Source: a virus. Taken from it: a stretch of 42,798 nt of DNA. Positions 24,511 through 31,919 of the stretch are shown in pieces (position 1 is the first letter of the stretch; the number at the start of each line of letters is the position of its first letter). Location: positions 1-42,798 of IMG/VR virus record IMGVR_UViG_3300045988_053235; one strand, 5' to 3'. The notes below the pieces were generated by a model. That model had not been told where the DNA came from, did no database searches, and saw only the letters and a program-made list of their open reading frames with translations. The position numbers and the translations under genes were made by a program.

Positions 24511-25163
24511 TATTCGTTCGATCCAAGTTGGATGACCGTCCATCCGTGCCACCGACAGTGATTGTATGACGCGTCATACAGCATCTTGGCCGTACGCTTG
24601 GCCTCATACTTATCCTCTGGGTCAACGCCAAACAGCTCCACATGATCTCTGACAAATTTCGATAAGTTTTTGATCTCCCACTCACGAGCACCGTTTGATA
24701 CTCGATACCATTTTGCGCGGATATTGGTCTCATATGGCCCTGTCAACGGGGATTCCAGCAGCGCCTTAACTCGAGCGGCTGGGGATTGCTGGGCCTCTGC
24801 CATAGCACAGCCGCAGGACGTGGTATGCCCGGTCATAAGATTCCTGCCCGATACGTCGGTCTTTTTGCCGCAATCACAACGGCACCGCCATATTGAGCTA
24901 TTCGCGGTCGAAGAATAGCGCACATAACGCGTCACAGTCAACCGCCCAAAGCGTTGTCCAATCAGATTCTTTCGGTGATTTTCGCCCCTGGTATGGCCGC
25001 ATGACGTACTGACACCCCGACGAAGATTGCTGGCAGTCACGACGCGTTCCTCGCCGCAATCGCATCGGCAGAGCCATTTTGCCCGACCGTATTTATCCGG
25101 CTCCGCAGGCTCAAGCACAGTCCAGTGCCCAAAAGTCTGCCCTGTTAGGTCATACGTGCCCAT
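24492..25163 (-). CDS. Protein with two zinc-ribbon repeats plus a C-terminal domain
   Basis: The repeat G(Q)xFGxxTV...W(L/R)CRCDCG...SCG(H/C) occurs twice. Third gene of the minus-strand cassette. Confidence 0.75.
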   Translation of the reverse strand: MGTYDLTGQTFGHWTVLEPAEPDKYGRAKWLCRCDCGEERVVTASNLRRGVSTSCGHTRGENHRKNLIGQRFGRLTVTRYVRYSSTANSSIWRCRCDCGKKTDVSGRNLMTGHTTSCGCAMAEAQQSPAARVKALLESPLTGPYETNIRAKWYRVSNGAREWEIKNLSKFVRDHVELFGVDPEDKYEAKRTAKMLYDASYNHCRWHGWTVIQLGSNEYKESTD

Positions 25164-25618
25164 TACAGCAGCTCACTTATATCCACACCCAGCGCGTCGG
25201 CGAGCGCAAATAAGGTTTTTGCAGCCATATTGCCCGTCTCGATTTCGCCGGATTCCACTTTCTGGATCTGCCGGATATAGATGCCGGATTTTTTCGATAA
25301 CTCGGCCTGTGTCATGCCGCTTTTGAGACGGTAATACAGCAGCCACGTTGTTGTGGGATAGCCTTTGTATATCTCGTCATCCCCCAGCTTTTTAGCGTCT
25401 GCAACCGGCATACAGCCGACGTTGCTGATCGTTCGTCCCTCTTGGATGCACCCTTCGATGCATTTGCGCCCGCGCGCGCAAGCGTCCTTGATGCTGTCGG
25501 CACAGATGATGGCCTTAACGCGGCCAAGATAGATTTTTGCGCGGGGGACGCCGATCTCCTTTGCCTCTTGCTCCGTCGGCGCACGGTCAAGATCTGCGGT
25601 CACGTAATAAGTCGTCAT
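25163..25618 (-). CDS. Protein with unknown N-terminal domain and C-terminal XRE HTH
   Basis: Sequence LKSGMTQAELSKKSGIYIRQIQKVESGEIETGNMAAKTLFALADALGVDISELL. Confidence 0.8.
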   Translation of the reverse strand: MTTYYVTADLDRAPTEQEAKEIGVPRAKIYLGRVKAIICADSIKDACARGRKCIEGCIQEGRTISNVGCMPVADAKKLGDDEIYKGYPTTTWLLYYRLKSGMTQAELSKKSGIYIRQIQKVESGEIETGNMAAKTLFALADALGVDISELL

Positions 25619-25636
25619 GATTGGTCTCCTCTCTTA

Positions 25637-25987
25637 TCAGCAAAAATACTCAGCGACCTTGCGGTCAGCAGTGAACCAGTTTTTGGATTCCGGATCCCAG
25701 CGGAAGCCTGCGGCCTTGAGCTCCTTGCGGGCGGCGTAGGTCTTGCCGGTCACGATCCAGCCCATCGTATAGTCAGCGGCGATAGTGCGGATGAGGCCGA
25801 GGCGAGAACCGTTGATGACCTTCATGCAGCCGTTAGACATCAGCTTCTTGGTGTTCTCGATGGACTTCTTGGCGGCGTTCCAAGCGCAGCGGAGGCACTC
25901 GGAGAAAGCGAGGGAATCGGCCCACTTCTGAGACATCTTAAAAAGGTTCCATGCGCTCTTCATGATCTCACTCTTGTTGTACTTCAT
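25637..25987 (-). CDS. Hypothetical protein (116 aa)
   Basis: ATG at 25987 (minus strand) follows GGGAGGAAAC. C-terminal motif GKTYAARKELKAAGFRWDPESKNWF. Confidence 0.7.
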   Translation of the reverse strand: MKYNKSEIMKSAWNLFKMSQKWADSLAFSECLRCAWNAAKKSIENTKKLMSNGCMKVINGSRLGLIRTIAADYTMGWIVTGKTYAARKELKAAGFRWDPESKNWFTADRKVAEYFC

Positions 25988-26029
25988 TTTTGTTTCCTCC
26001 CGAGGGTTTCCCTCTTGCTTTATGTGCTT

Positions 26030-26058
26030 AGTATACGCCAATATTGGCGTAAAGTCAA
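26030..26058 (-). promoter_or_regulatory. Strong promoter with 16-bp palindromic operator in the spacer
   Basis: On the minus strand: TTGACT, 17-nt spacer, TATACT. The spacer contains the perfect palindrome ACGCCAATATTGGCGT (26035-26050). Confidence 0.65.
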
Positions 26059-26170
26059 GAGCTTTTTGAGCTTTTTGCAAAATATTTTTTGACCAAATAT
26101 TGACCAAACGATGACCATTTGCAGGGCGCGAACCACGGTATGATAAAGGCAACAAAAGGAGGTGCGCGCG

Positions 26171-26311
26171 ATGTACGACCGACTTTTAGCTTTGGGATTT
26201 ACCGAGCAGATGGCAATGGACATTTTGACGCTGTTCCCCGCCCCTGACGAGTTAAGACGGTACGTGTATTTTGCCGAGCTGTTCCACGCCTGCCGAGAAA
26301 GGACGGAGTGA
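26171..26311 (+). CDS. Small hypothetical protein (46 aa)
   Basis: Strong RBS AAAGGAGG, then ATG 26171. Encodes MYDRLLALGFTEQMAMDILTLFPAPDELRRYVYFAELFHACRERTE. Confidence 0.5.
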   Translation: MYDRLLALGFTEQMAMDILTLFPAPDELRRYVYFAELFHACRERTE

Positions 26312-26312
26312 T

Positions 26313-26705
26313 ATGCCTTATCCGTATTATCAGACCCCGTATCAGCCGATGGGCTACGGGTACAACAATTATGCCCCTGTAAGCGCGCAGAACGCCGCAG
26401 GAGCGCAGCAGATATACAGCGGCCAAATTACCCGCGTGAATGGGAGAAACGGTGCAGACGCGCTCAGGCTCGCGCCGAACAGCTCCGTTTTGCTGATGGA
26501 CGAGAACGACCCAATCGTGTGGCTCAAAGTGACGGACGGCGCGGGATATGCAACGGTCACGCCGTACAGCATCGCGCCGTATCAGGTGGCGGCTCCGGTT
26601 GACGTTAACAGTCTTGAGGAACGCGTAAAGAGATTGGAGGAAAAGCTCAATGCCAAATCCGATGATGCAAATGCTGATGGGCGGCGGAAGCAGAAGACCG
26701 AATAA
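26313..26705 (+). CDS. Hypothetical protein with Tyr/Pro-rich N-terminus
   Basis: Starts MPYPYYQTPYQPMGYGYNNYAP, followed by a globular region and a coiled C-terminus. Confidence 0.65.
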   Translation: MPYPYYQTPYQPMGYGYNNYAPVSAQNAAGAQQIYSGQITRVNGRNGADALRLAPNSSVLLMDENDPIVWLKVTDGAGYATVTPYSIAPYQVAAPVDVNSLEERVKRLEEKLNAKSDDANADGRRKQKTE

Positions 26706-26868
26706 TCCCCTTGCGATGATGGCAGAGTTTCGCAAATTCGCAGCGGGCATGACGCCGCAGAAAGCACAGCAGGAGATCGAGCAGCTTTTGGCGTCAGGGA
26801 AAATGTCGCAGGAGCAGTTTCAGCAGCTCCAACAGCAGGCAAAGGACTTTATGCAATTTTTGAAATAA
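26650..26868 (+). CDS. Small Met/Gln-rich protein (72 aa)
   Basis: RBS GGAGGA, 8 nt, then ATG 26650. Overlaps the upstream gene by 56 nt in another frame. Confidence 0.55.
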   Translation: MPNPMMQMLMGGGSRRPNNPLAMMAEFRKFAAGMTPQKAQQEIEQLLASGKMSQEQFQQLQQQAKDFMQFLK

Positions 26869-26900
26869 GCCGGGTCGACACGGTTTATTGATAAATTATT

Positions 26901-27557
26901 TTGAAAGGAGTGTTTCCCATAGATAATTACTCTTTGAGCGATCTCGCGGCAGTGACCCGCGATAACGACGGTAACGGCTGGGGCTCCGGTTGGTTCCTCA
27001 TCGTCGTGCTGTTCCTGTTCATGTTTGGCTTCGGTGGCAACGGCTGGAACCGTCAGGGCGAATTCGGCCAGTATGCCACGGCTGCGAGCCAGCAGGAAAT
27101 TTTGTTTGGCCAGCAGTTCGGGCAGATCAACGACCGCCTGACTAACATCGGCAACGGCATCTGCAATCTCGGCTACGAGATGCAGGGCAACATCGGTCAG
27201 CTTGGCAAGGAGGTTGCGCTTGCGCAGGCAGGCACCAACACCACCATCATGCAGACCGGCAACAGCATCCAGAGCCAGATCGCGTCTTGCTGCTGCGAGC
27301 AGCGCCTTGCGACGGCCAATCTGTCCGCGCAGATGGATCGTCAGACCTGCGACATCACCACGGCTATCCACGCCGAGGGCGAAGCTACCCGCGCGATGAT
27401 GCAGGCCAATGAGATGCAGGCTCTCCGCGACAAGGTGGCAAGCCTTGAAATGGACAACCGTATGTGTGGCGTCGTCCGCTATCCGAGCGGCTACACGTAC
27501 AACGCGGGCTCGTCCCCCTTCTGTGGCTGCAATAGCGGCTGCAACGGCAATATCTAA
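26901..27557 (+). CDS. Membrane-anchored Cys/Gly/Asn-rich protein; true start probably ATA 26919
   Basis: TM segment WFLIVVLFLFMFGF. Cysteine clusters CCCEQR and CGCNSGCNGNI. The TTG 26901 called by the ORF finder lies inside the RBS TTGAAAGGAG. Confidence 0.6.
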   Translation: MKGVFPIDNYSLSDLAAVTRDNDGNGWGSGWFLIVVLFLFMFGFGGNGWNRQGEFGQYATAASQQEILFGQQFGQINDRLTNIGNGICNLGYEMQGNIGQLGKEVALAQAGTNTTIMQTGNSIQSQIASCCCEQRLATANLSAQMDRQTCDITTAIHAEGEATRAMMQANEMQALRDKVASLEMDNRMCGVVRYPSGYTYNAGSSPFCGCNSGCNGNI

Positions 27558-27657
27558 ACGATTTTGTTGATGTCAACAAAATCATAGGCCCTCTTTGGCC
27601 GGGTAAATGGGCGAGGGCTTATCCCCTCGCCCTTATATTTTGAAAGGAGACTTTACT

Positions 27658-28059
27658 ATGTCTTGTAAATCCGCTCTTTACACCGCCATGCAGACGCCGA
27701 CTGCGGTTGCCGTCGATGGCGTTATCCCCCTCGGCAGCCTGATCCGTCGCTACGGCTGCGATATTACGCTCAACGGCAATGCCGTCAACATCGTCGGCAA
27801 GGGCTACTACGACGTCGACGCGTCCATCACTGTCGCACCGACGGCTGCGGGCACAGTCACGGCGACGCTCTACAAGGACGGCGTTGCCGTTCCCGGCGCG
27901 ACCGCTTCTGCTGCGGGCGCTGCCGGTGCTCCTGTTGTGCTGGAATTCCCCGCGCTGGTGCGTCAGGCGTGCTGCGCGTCCGGCGCTGCGCTGACGCTGG
28001 TGCTGACCGGCGCGGCATCGACCGTCAGCAACGTTGCCCTGCGCGTACAGCGCATTTGA
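27658..28059 (+). CDS. Small beta-rich protein, pattern reminiscent of BclA-CTD/BxpB (C1q/TNF-like)
   Basis: RBS TTGAAAGGAG, then ATG 27658. Pattern GKGYYDVDASITVAP...ATLYKDGVAVPGA...LTLVL...NVALRVQRI. The family assignment is from memory only. Confidence 0.6.
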   Translation: MSCKSALYTAMQTPTAVAVDGVIPLGSLIRRYGCDITLNGNAVNIVGKGYYDVDASITVAPTAAGTVTATLYKDGVAVPGATASAAGAAGAPVVLEFPALVRQACCASGAALTLVLTGAASTVSNVALRVQRI

Positions 28060-28072
28060 AAGGAGAACAGCT

Positions 28073-28381
28073 ATGAAGCTGATTGAAAAACTCTCCGAGA
28101 TGATCGAAGAAGAGATCGAAGATGCTAAAAAGTACGCCAAGTGCGCGCTGAAGTACAAGGATACCGACAGCACTCTTGCAAAGACTTTTTACGATCTTTC
28201 GACTGATGAGATGCGGCACATGAATCTGCTGCATGATGAGGTCACGCGCATCATTACCCAGTACCGCAAGGAGAACGGCGAGCCGCCTACCGCGATGCTG
28301 GCCGTATATGACTATCTGCACGAAAAGCAGATCGAAAAAGCGAAAGAGGCCAAAGACTATCAGGCGATGTATCGCGGGTGA
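28073..28381 (+). CDS. Small helical protein (ferritin-like/rubrerythrin-like pattern, uncertain)
   Basis: RBS TTTGAAAGGAG. Sequence EEEIEDAKKYAKCAL...LSTDEMRHMNLLHDEV. Confidence 0.6.
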   Translation: MKLIEKLSEMIEEEIEDAKKYAKCALKYKDTDSTLAKTFYDLSTDEMRHMNLLHDEVTRIITQYRKENGEPPTAMLAVYDYLHEKQIEKAKEAKDYQAMYRG

Positions 28382-28386
28382 CGCCC

Positions 28387-28689
28387 ATGATCGACTTTGA
28401 CGAGATCGAGAAAGAGATCATCAACATGGAAGCAAACCGCGACACGTCTTATGCCACGATGGAACGATTAGCCCCTCTCTATGCCGCTATGATCTATAAG
28501 CGGCTTTGTGCCAATCCAGAAGTGTACGAGCCGCGGGCCGTATCCGCGGTTGGTGACAGTGCATTTTTGCTTGCCGTCAGCGGCATGGACAGCGTCAAGG
28601 CGTGGGAGATCATGGACGAGCTGATGGACAGCTTGAAAATTGTGAACGAGCGCGTCTATAATAGCGTCATGCGGAAACTGGAAAAATAA
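28387..28689 (+). CDS. Hypothetical protein (100 aa)
   Basis: ATG 28387 follows GGGTGA, with an alternative GTG at 28378. Last gene before attP. Confidence 0.55.
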   Translation: MIDFDEIEKEIINMEANRDTSYATMERLAPLYAAMIYKRLCANPEVYEPRAVSAVGDSAFLLAVSGMDSVKAWEIMDELMDSLKIVNERVYNSVMRKLEK

Positions 28690-28711
28690 ATTGCAGATGG
28701 AATTACAGATG
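28690..28711 (+). repeat. attP arm-type repeats (left), 2 units
   Basis: TTGCAGATGG and AATTACAGATG units, in the same orientation as the right-arm units. Confidence 0.55.
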
Positions 28712-28742
28712 CGAGTCAAAAAACCGTGTAATATCAATGCTT

Positions 28743-28784
28743 TTGCGGTTTCGGTTGCGGGTTCGACTCCCGCCGCCTCCACCA
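28743..28784 (+). other. attP core: 3' end of a host tmRNA (ssrA)-like or tRNA gene
   Basis: Sequence TTTCGGTT-GCGGG-TTCGACT-CCCGC-CGCCTCC-A-CCA. It has a T arm, a 7-nt acceptor strand with U at position 70, and CCA. It closely resembles tmRNA 3' ends as I recall them. Confidence 0.6.
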
Positions 28785-28793
28785 TATGAAAAA

Positions 28794-28833
28794 ACCTCGC
28801 AGTCTCAACGGCTGCGGGGTTTTTCTTGTATTT
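28794..28833 (+). terminator. Rho-independent terminator downstream of the tmRNA/tRNA fragment
   Basis: CCTCGCAG ... CTGCGGGG stem followed by TTTTT. Confidence 0.65.
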
Positions 28834-28908
28834 GCAAAGGTTTTCTGGCTTACCTGTTTACGCATTACTTTCGATATTTGCAAGTTTGTTCCCGTTAAAA
28901 CAACACTT

Positions 28909-28954
28909 TTGCAGATAAATTGCAGATAAATTGCAGATGAAATTACAGATGAAA
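28909..28954 (+). repeat. attP arm-type repeats (right), 4 tandem units
   Basis: TTGCAGATAAA, TTGCAGATAAA, TTGCAGATGAAA, TTACAGATGAAA. These overlap the 3' end of int. Confidence 0.6.
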
Positions 28955-29956
28955 TTCGGATTCAAAAAAGCCGTCGACGGCATCTGCCACTGCTACGGCT
29001 TTATCATCCATGGTGTGCTGATATACGTTTTTTAGCATGTTGTTTGTGGAGTGCCCCATGCGCTCCATTGCGTATTTATCGGGGACATTGAGCCTGAGCA
29101 TGACCGATGCGTTTACATGGCGCAGGTCGTGGAAGCGGAACGGCTGAACTCCGCAGCGGGCACACGCGCGTTGCAGATGCTTATACAGGACATTTCTGGT
29201 TGCGTGGACAATAAACTCATCTGTGCGCGGTGTTGCGTCAAGCAGCCCCATAATATACGGCGGCACTTTTAGTTTTCTGTTGCCGCTGTAGGTTTTTGGC
29301 TGCTTGAGCTGCGGGCCCGTCTCACCGTCTACCATTGCTTGTTTGATCGCCAGGATATCGTCGTCAAGGCAATCCCATGTTAGACCTCTGATCTCCGATG
29401 TACGGAGGCCGAGCCAGACGGCCAGAAGAAAAGGCAATTCAAACGCTGTGCCTCTGCAGTCTTCGTGTAAGGTTCTGATCTCTTCCATGGTAGGGATTTT
29501 GATTTTAGGTGCTTCCTTCTGCGGCAAAGATATGCGGAACACTTTATCCGGGCATTCCTCCGACATTGCCGCCGTGAATAGGCCGTAAGCGTTGCGGACG
29601 TACTTAGGGGACTTTTCCCGCGCCATCTTATTCACGGCACGCTGCACGCGATCCTGCGTCAACGCGGAGCACTTAACGCTCATCAGCTCCGGGAAAACCA
29701 CCTTGCGGAGTTTTCTGTATCCGTTGACGGTGGAGGGGGAGAGTATCGCGTCCTTGCTGTCGATGTATCGGTCGATAGCGTCTCCGACTGTGCGCTCAGA
29801 CGCACGCGCGGCAGACTTCGCGCCGGACTTCAACGCGGCAGCTTCATTCTCCGCTTGCCGCTTGGTAGGCGCTGTGACGGACACGCGCTTTCCGTCTACC
29901 ATGACGCTGACATTCCAATTGCCGGACGGTAATAGTTTTGCTTTTGGTATTTTCAT
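28943..29956 (-). CDS. int: Tyrosine integrase
   Basis: Start is MKIPKAKLLPSGNW after GGAGGGGG. C-terminal sequence FRFHDLRHVNASVMLRLNVPDKYAMERMGHSTNNMLKNVYQH carries the HxxR...Y catalytic pattern. Confidence 0.92.
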   Translation of the reverse strand: MKIPKAKLLPSGNWNVSVMVDGKRVSVTAPTKRQAENEAAALKSGAKSAARASERTVGDAIDRYIDSKDAILSPSTVNGYRKLRKVVFPELMSVKCSALTQDRVQRAVNKMAREKSPKYVRNAYGLFTAAMSEECPDKVFRISLPQKEAPKIKIPTMEEIRTLHEDCRGTAFELPFLLAVWLGLRTSEIRGLTWDCLDDDILAIKQAMVDGETGPQLKQPKTYSGNRKLKVPPYIMGLLDATPRTDEFIVHATRNVLYKHLQRACARCGVQPFRFHDLRHVNASVMLRLNVPDKYAMERMGHSTNNMLKNVYQHTMDDKAVAVADAVDGFFESEFHL

Positions 29957-30372
29957 CAAATCCCCCTCCAAAATCCATAATCTATACAATGAAAATCAAT
30001 GTACACGCACCACACAGTGAGAAAGGCGATGATGAGGAACATTATAGCAATTACGCCGTTGCGAATACGCACTCCACGCCGCATGATCTCGATCATGTCG
30101 GCTTTCGCGTCAACATGGCGTTCCAGCTCGTCATTCCGCGCTTGCAAGGTTTCCTCGGTTGGCGTCAAGTGTTCGGAAATTCCGAACGCTTCATCAAGCG
30201 ATATTCCAAGCGCTTTGCAGATCGGCGCGACGGTGTAGATCGACGGAGACTTGGAAAACTTAGAAAAGAAATTCTGCACGGTGGACAGCGGCACGCCGGA
30301 AGCATCGGAAATGTCCTGATATGTTAGCTTTAGTTCTTCTTTACGGATTCTGCACACTTCTTGAATGTTCAT
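29956..30372 (-). CDS. XRE-family HTH protein with coiled coil and C-terminal transmembrane anchor
   Basis: HTH LTYQDISDASGVPLSTVQNFFSK. TM segment VIAIMFLIIAFLTVWCVYI. The stop overlaps the int start (TGATGA). Confidence 0.8.
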   Translation of the reverse strand: MNIQEVCRIRKEELKLTYQDISDASGVPLSTVQNFFSKFSKSPSIYTVAPICKALGISLDEAFGISEHLTPTEETLQARNDELERHVDAKADMIEIMRRGVRIRNGVIAIMFLIIAFLTVWCVYIDFHCIDYGFWRGI

Positions 30373-30536
30373 TTATGCTACCTTAATTTCTCCGATTTTT
30401 GCGCCGCGAAGTCGCAAGATGAGGGCTTGTCGAACTGCGTCGAGCGCTGTCTTATTGCAATGTTTCGGGATTGAATTGCCAAGGTAAAGCGGAGTACGGT
30501 GAAGATAAGCAGCGGCGACCGCTCCCCGCTGGCTGC

Positions 30537-30580
30537 AAAAAGGCCCCGCCGTTTGTTGCAGAGGGCGGCGGGGCCTTTAG
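30537..30580 (-). terminator. Rho-independent terminator after the lipoprotein gene
   Basis: AGGCCCCGCC (30541-30550) pairs with GGCGGGGCCT (30567-30576), flanked by A/T runs. Confidence 0.7.
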
Positions 30581-30584
30581 TTAC

Positions 30585-31019
30585 TTATTGCTTCTCAAGT
30601 TTTACGGTCTGCGTAACTCCCATAGCAGACACTTCGTAGCTAATTACGCCGTCCTGATAGGTAAACATCTTGGTGTCATCGCCGCTGGCGAGAATTGCCG
30701 TATCGGTCTGGTCTTTATCGTTTTTTGATTCCCAAGTGTACGGCTCATCCGCCGTGGTAGGGGCATCAAAAGAGCCGGCCCAATAGAGGGCTTTGGTATC
30801 TCCGTTATCAGATACCCAATACACCTCAATGGAATCTTCGGCAATGGTAGCGGCCTGCCATGCGTCCTCTGCATCGCTGTTTGTCTGCTTCCACTCTCCA
30901 ACGAGATCGGGCGGAGTTACCGGCTCGTTTTCTGGCTCGTCCTGATTCGGCCCCCCGCAGGCGGTTAACATGCCGAGCGCGAGAACCAAAGACATCGCGA
31001 TAAGCAAAAACTTTTTCAT
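30585..31019 (-). CDS. Secreted lipoprotein (candidate superinfection-exclusion / lysogenic conversion)
   Basis: MKKFLLIAMSLVLALGMLTAC is a signal peptide with a lipobox. The gene has its own terminator. Confidence 0.8.
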   Translation of the reverse strand: MKKFLLIAMSLVLALGMLTACGGPNQDEPENEPVTPPDLVGEWKQTNSDAEDAWQAATIAEDSIEVYWVSDNGDTKALYWAGSFDAPTTADEPYTWESKNDKDQTDTAILASGDDTKMFTYQDGVISYEVSAMGVTQTVKLEKQ

Positions 31020-31110
31020 CTCAACTCTCCATTTTCTTATATTTTCGACTGCACAAAGTGCAATAATCGACATATAGCCCCGTTACTATAATTATTGGGA
31101 GGGACGCAAG

Positions 31111-31269
31111 ATGTTGTATAATGACGCGAAATGTGATACAATAAACAGAGCAGATGTTGAAATGCTGCGCGAAAAACTGGTATGCGCCGCGCTGGCGCTT
31201 CCGTATGAAGCAAAGCTTGAGCTTTTGAAACTTATTGAGGGGGAAGAGAAAAATGAAAGAGGCCGCTAA
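31111..31269 (+). CDS. Small hypothetical protein (52 aa)
   Basis: RBS GGGAGGG, then ATG 31111. Below the ORF-track cutoff. Confidence 0.4.
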   Translation: MLYNDAKCDTINRADVEMLREKLVCAALALPYEAKLELLKLIEGEEKNERGR

Positions 31270-31507
31270 GTTATGGTACATCGACTCCAAAATGGTTGAC
31301 GCGGTAAATCGGTGCATGGACGCCATTTCGGCCTGCGGGCTTTCCGCGGACAGCGCGGAATATCTCCCCTTTTGCTTAGATCGTGCGATCAAGGCAAGCA
31401 ATCAGATTTCCGCGCAAAGCATCCCGTTTCGCGCAACGCCCGTAAAGGTCAATGAGGGAAACGGGGGCTGTGATGTCACGCCTTTGGCGCTATTATTTGT
31501 TCAATAG
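31253..31507 (+). CDS. Small hypothetical protein (84 aa)
   Basis: ATG 31253 follows GAGGGGGAAGAG. Confidence 0.45.
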   Translation: MKEAAKLWYIDSKMVDAVNRCMDAISACGLSADSAEYLPFCLDRAIKASNQISAQSIPFRATPVKVNEGNGGCDVTPLALLFVQ

Positions 31508-31919
31508 CCGCTGATGCAATCCCTTTTGAGATCGTTTCGATCACCGTTAAAGACACGGAGCCAAATGACCGCAGCAATTTTGATGTTTTTTCCCATTGCG
31601 TTTTCCCCTCAATCGCTGCGATAAACTCATGCCCCTTTGGTGTGACATAGTAAACAGACGGCAGATTGTTGTGTCTGAAGTTTGTGATGGGGTCGAAGTG
31701 AAAATCTGTTGCCAGATACCCGCTTTCGGAAAGCTGGATGATGTGATAAATCAAAGCCCCCGTGTCGTACTTATTCAGCGGCGGGACACGCCGCATGGAG
31801 TCGACATATAAAACATGGTAGCTCGCGCAAGTAAAATTGCCGACCTCTTCCGCTTTGATGTAGGTATGTTCCTCGCAGAACAGCATTAGATCACGGATGC
31901 ACTCAGGATCCAGCTTCAC
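31476..31919 (-). CDS. DUF2513-like winged-helix protein
   Basis: Sequence IRDLMLFCEE...ALIYHIIQLSESGYLAT...VTPKGHEFIAAIEGKTQWEKT matches my memory of DUF2513. Confidence 0.7.
   Translation of the reverse strand: MKLDPECIRDLMLFCEEHTYIKAEEVGNFTCASYHVLYVDSMRRVPPLNKYDTGALIYHIIQLSESGYLATDFHFDPITNFRHNNLPSVYYVTPKGHEFIAAIEGKTQWEKTSKLLRSFGSVSLTVIETISKGIASAAIEQIIAPKA

Noticed and set aside
26089-26144. Promoter for the + strand cargo block (TTGACCAAA direct repeats at 26089 and 26100, TGACCATTT at 26112, TATGAT at 26139).
   Set aside because: TATGAT has no acceptable -35 at 16-18 nt, and the TTGACC boxes have no -10 at the right spacing. I note the repeats as possible operator or UP-like elements but do not call a promoter.
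26820-28173. Minus-strand ORFs 26820-27371 (183 aa) and 27619-28173 (184 aa).
   Set aside because: They are antisense to + strand genes that have strong conserved RBSs. Their composition is Ala/Arg/Leu-rich junk and they have no RBS.
28743-28784. A complete tRNA gene next to the integrase.
   Set aside because: Only the T arm, the 3' acceptor strand and CCA are present. No D arm, anticodon arm or 5' acceptor strand can be found upstream. It is the attP core fragment of a host gene, most like ssrA.
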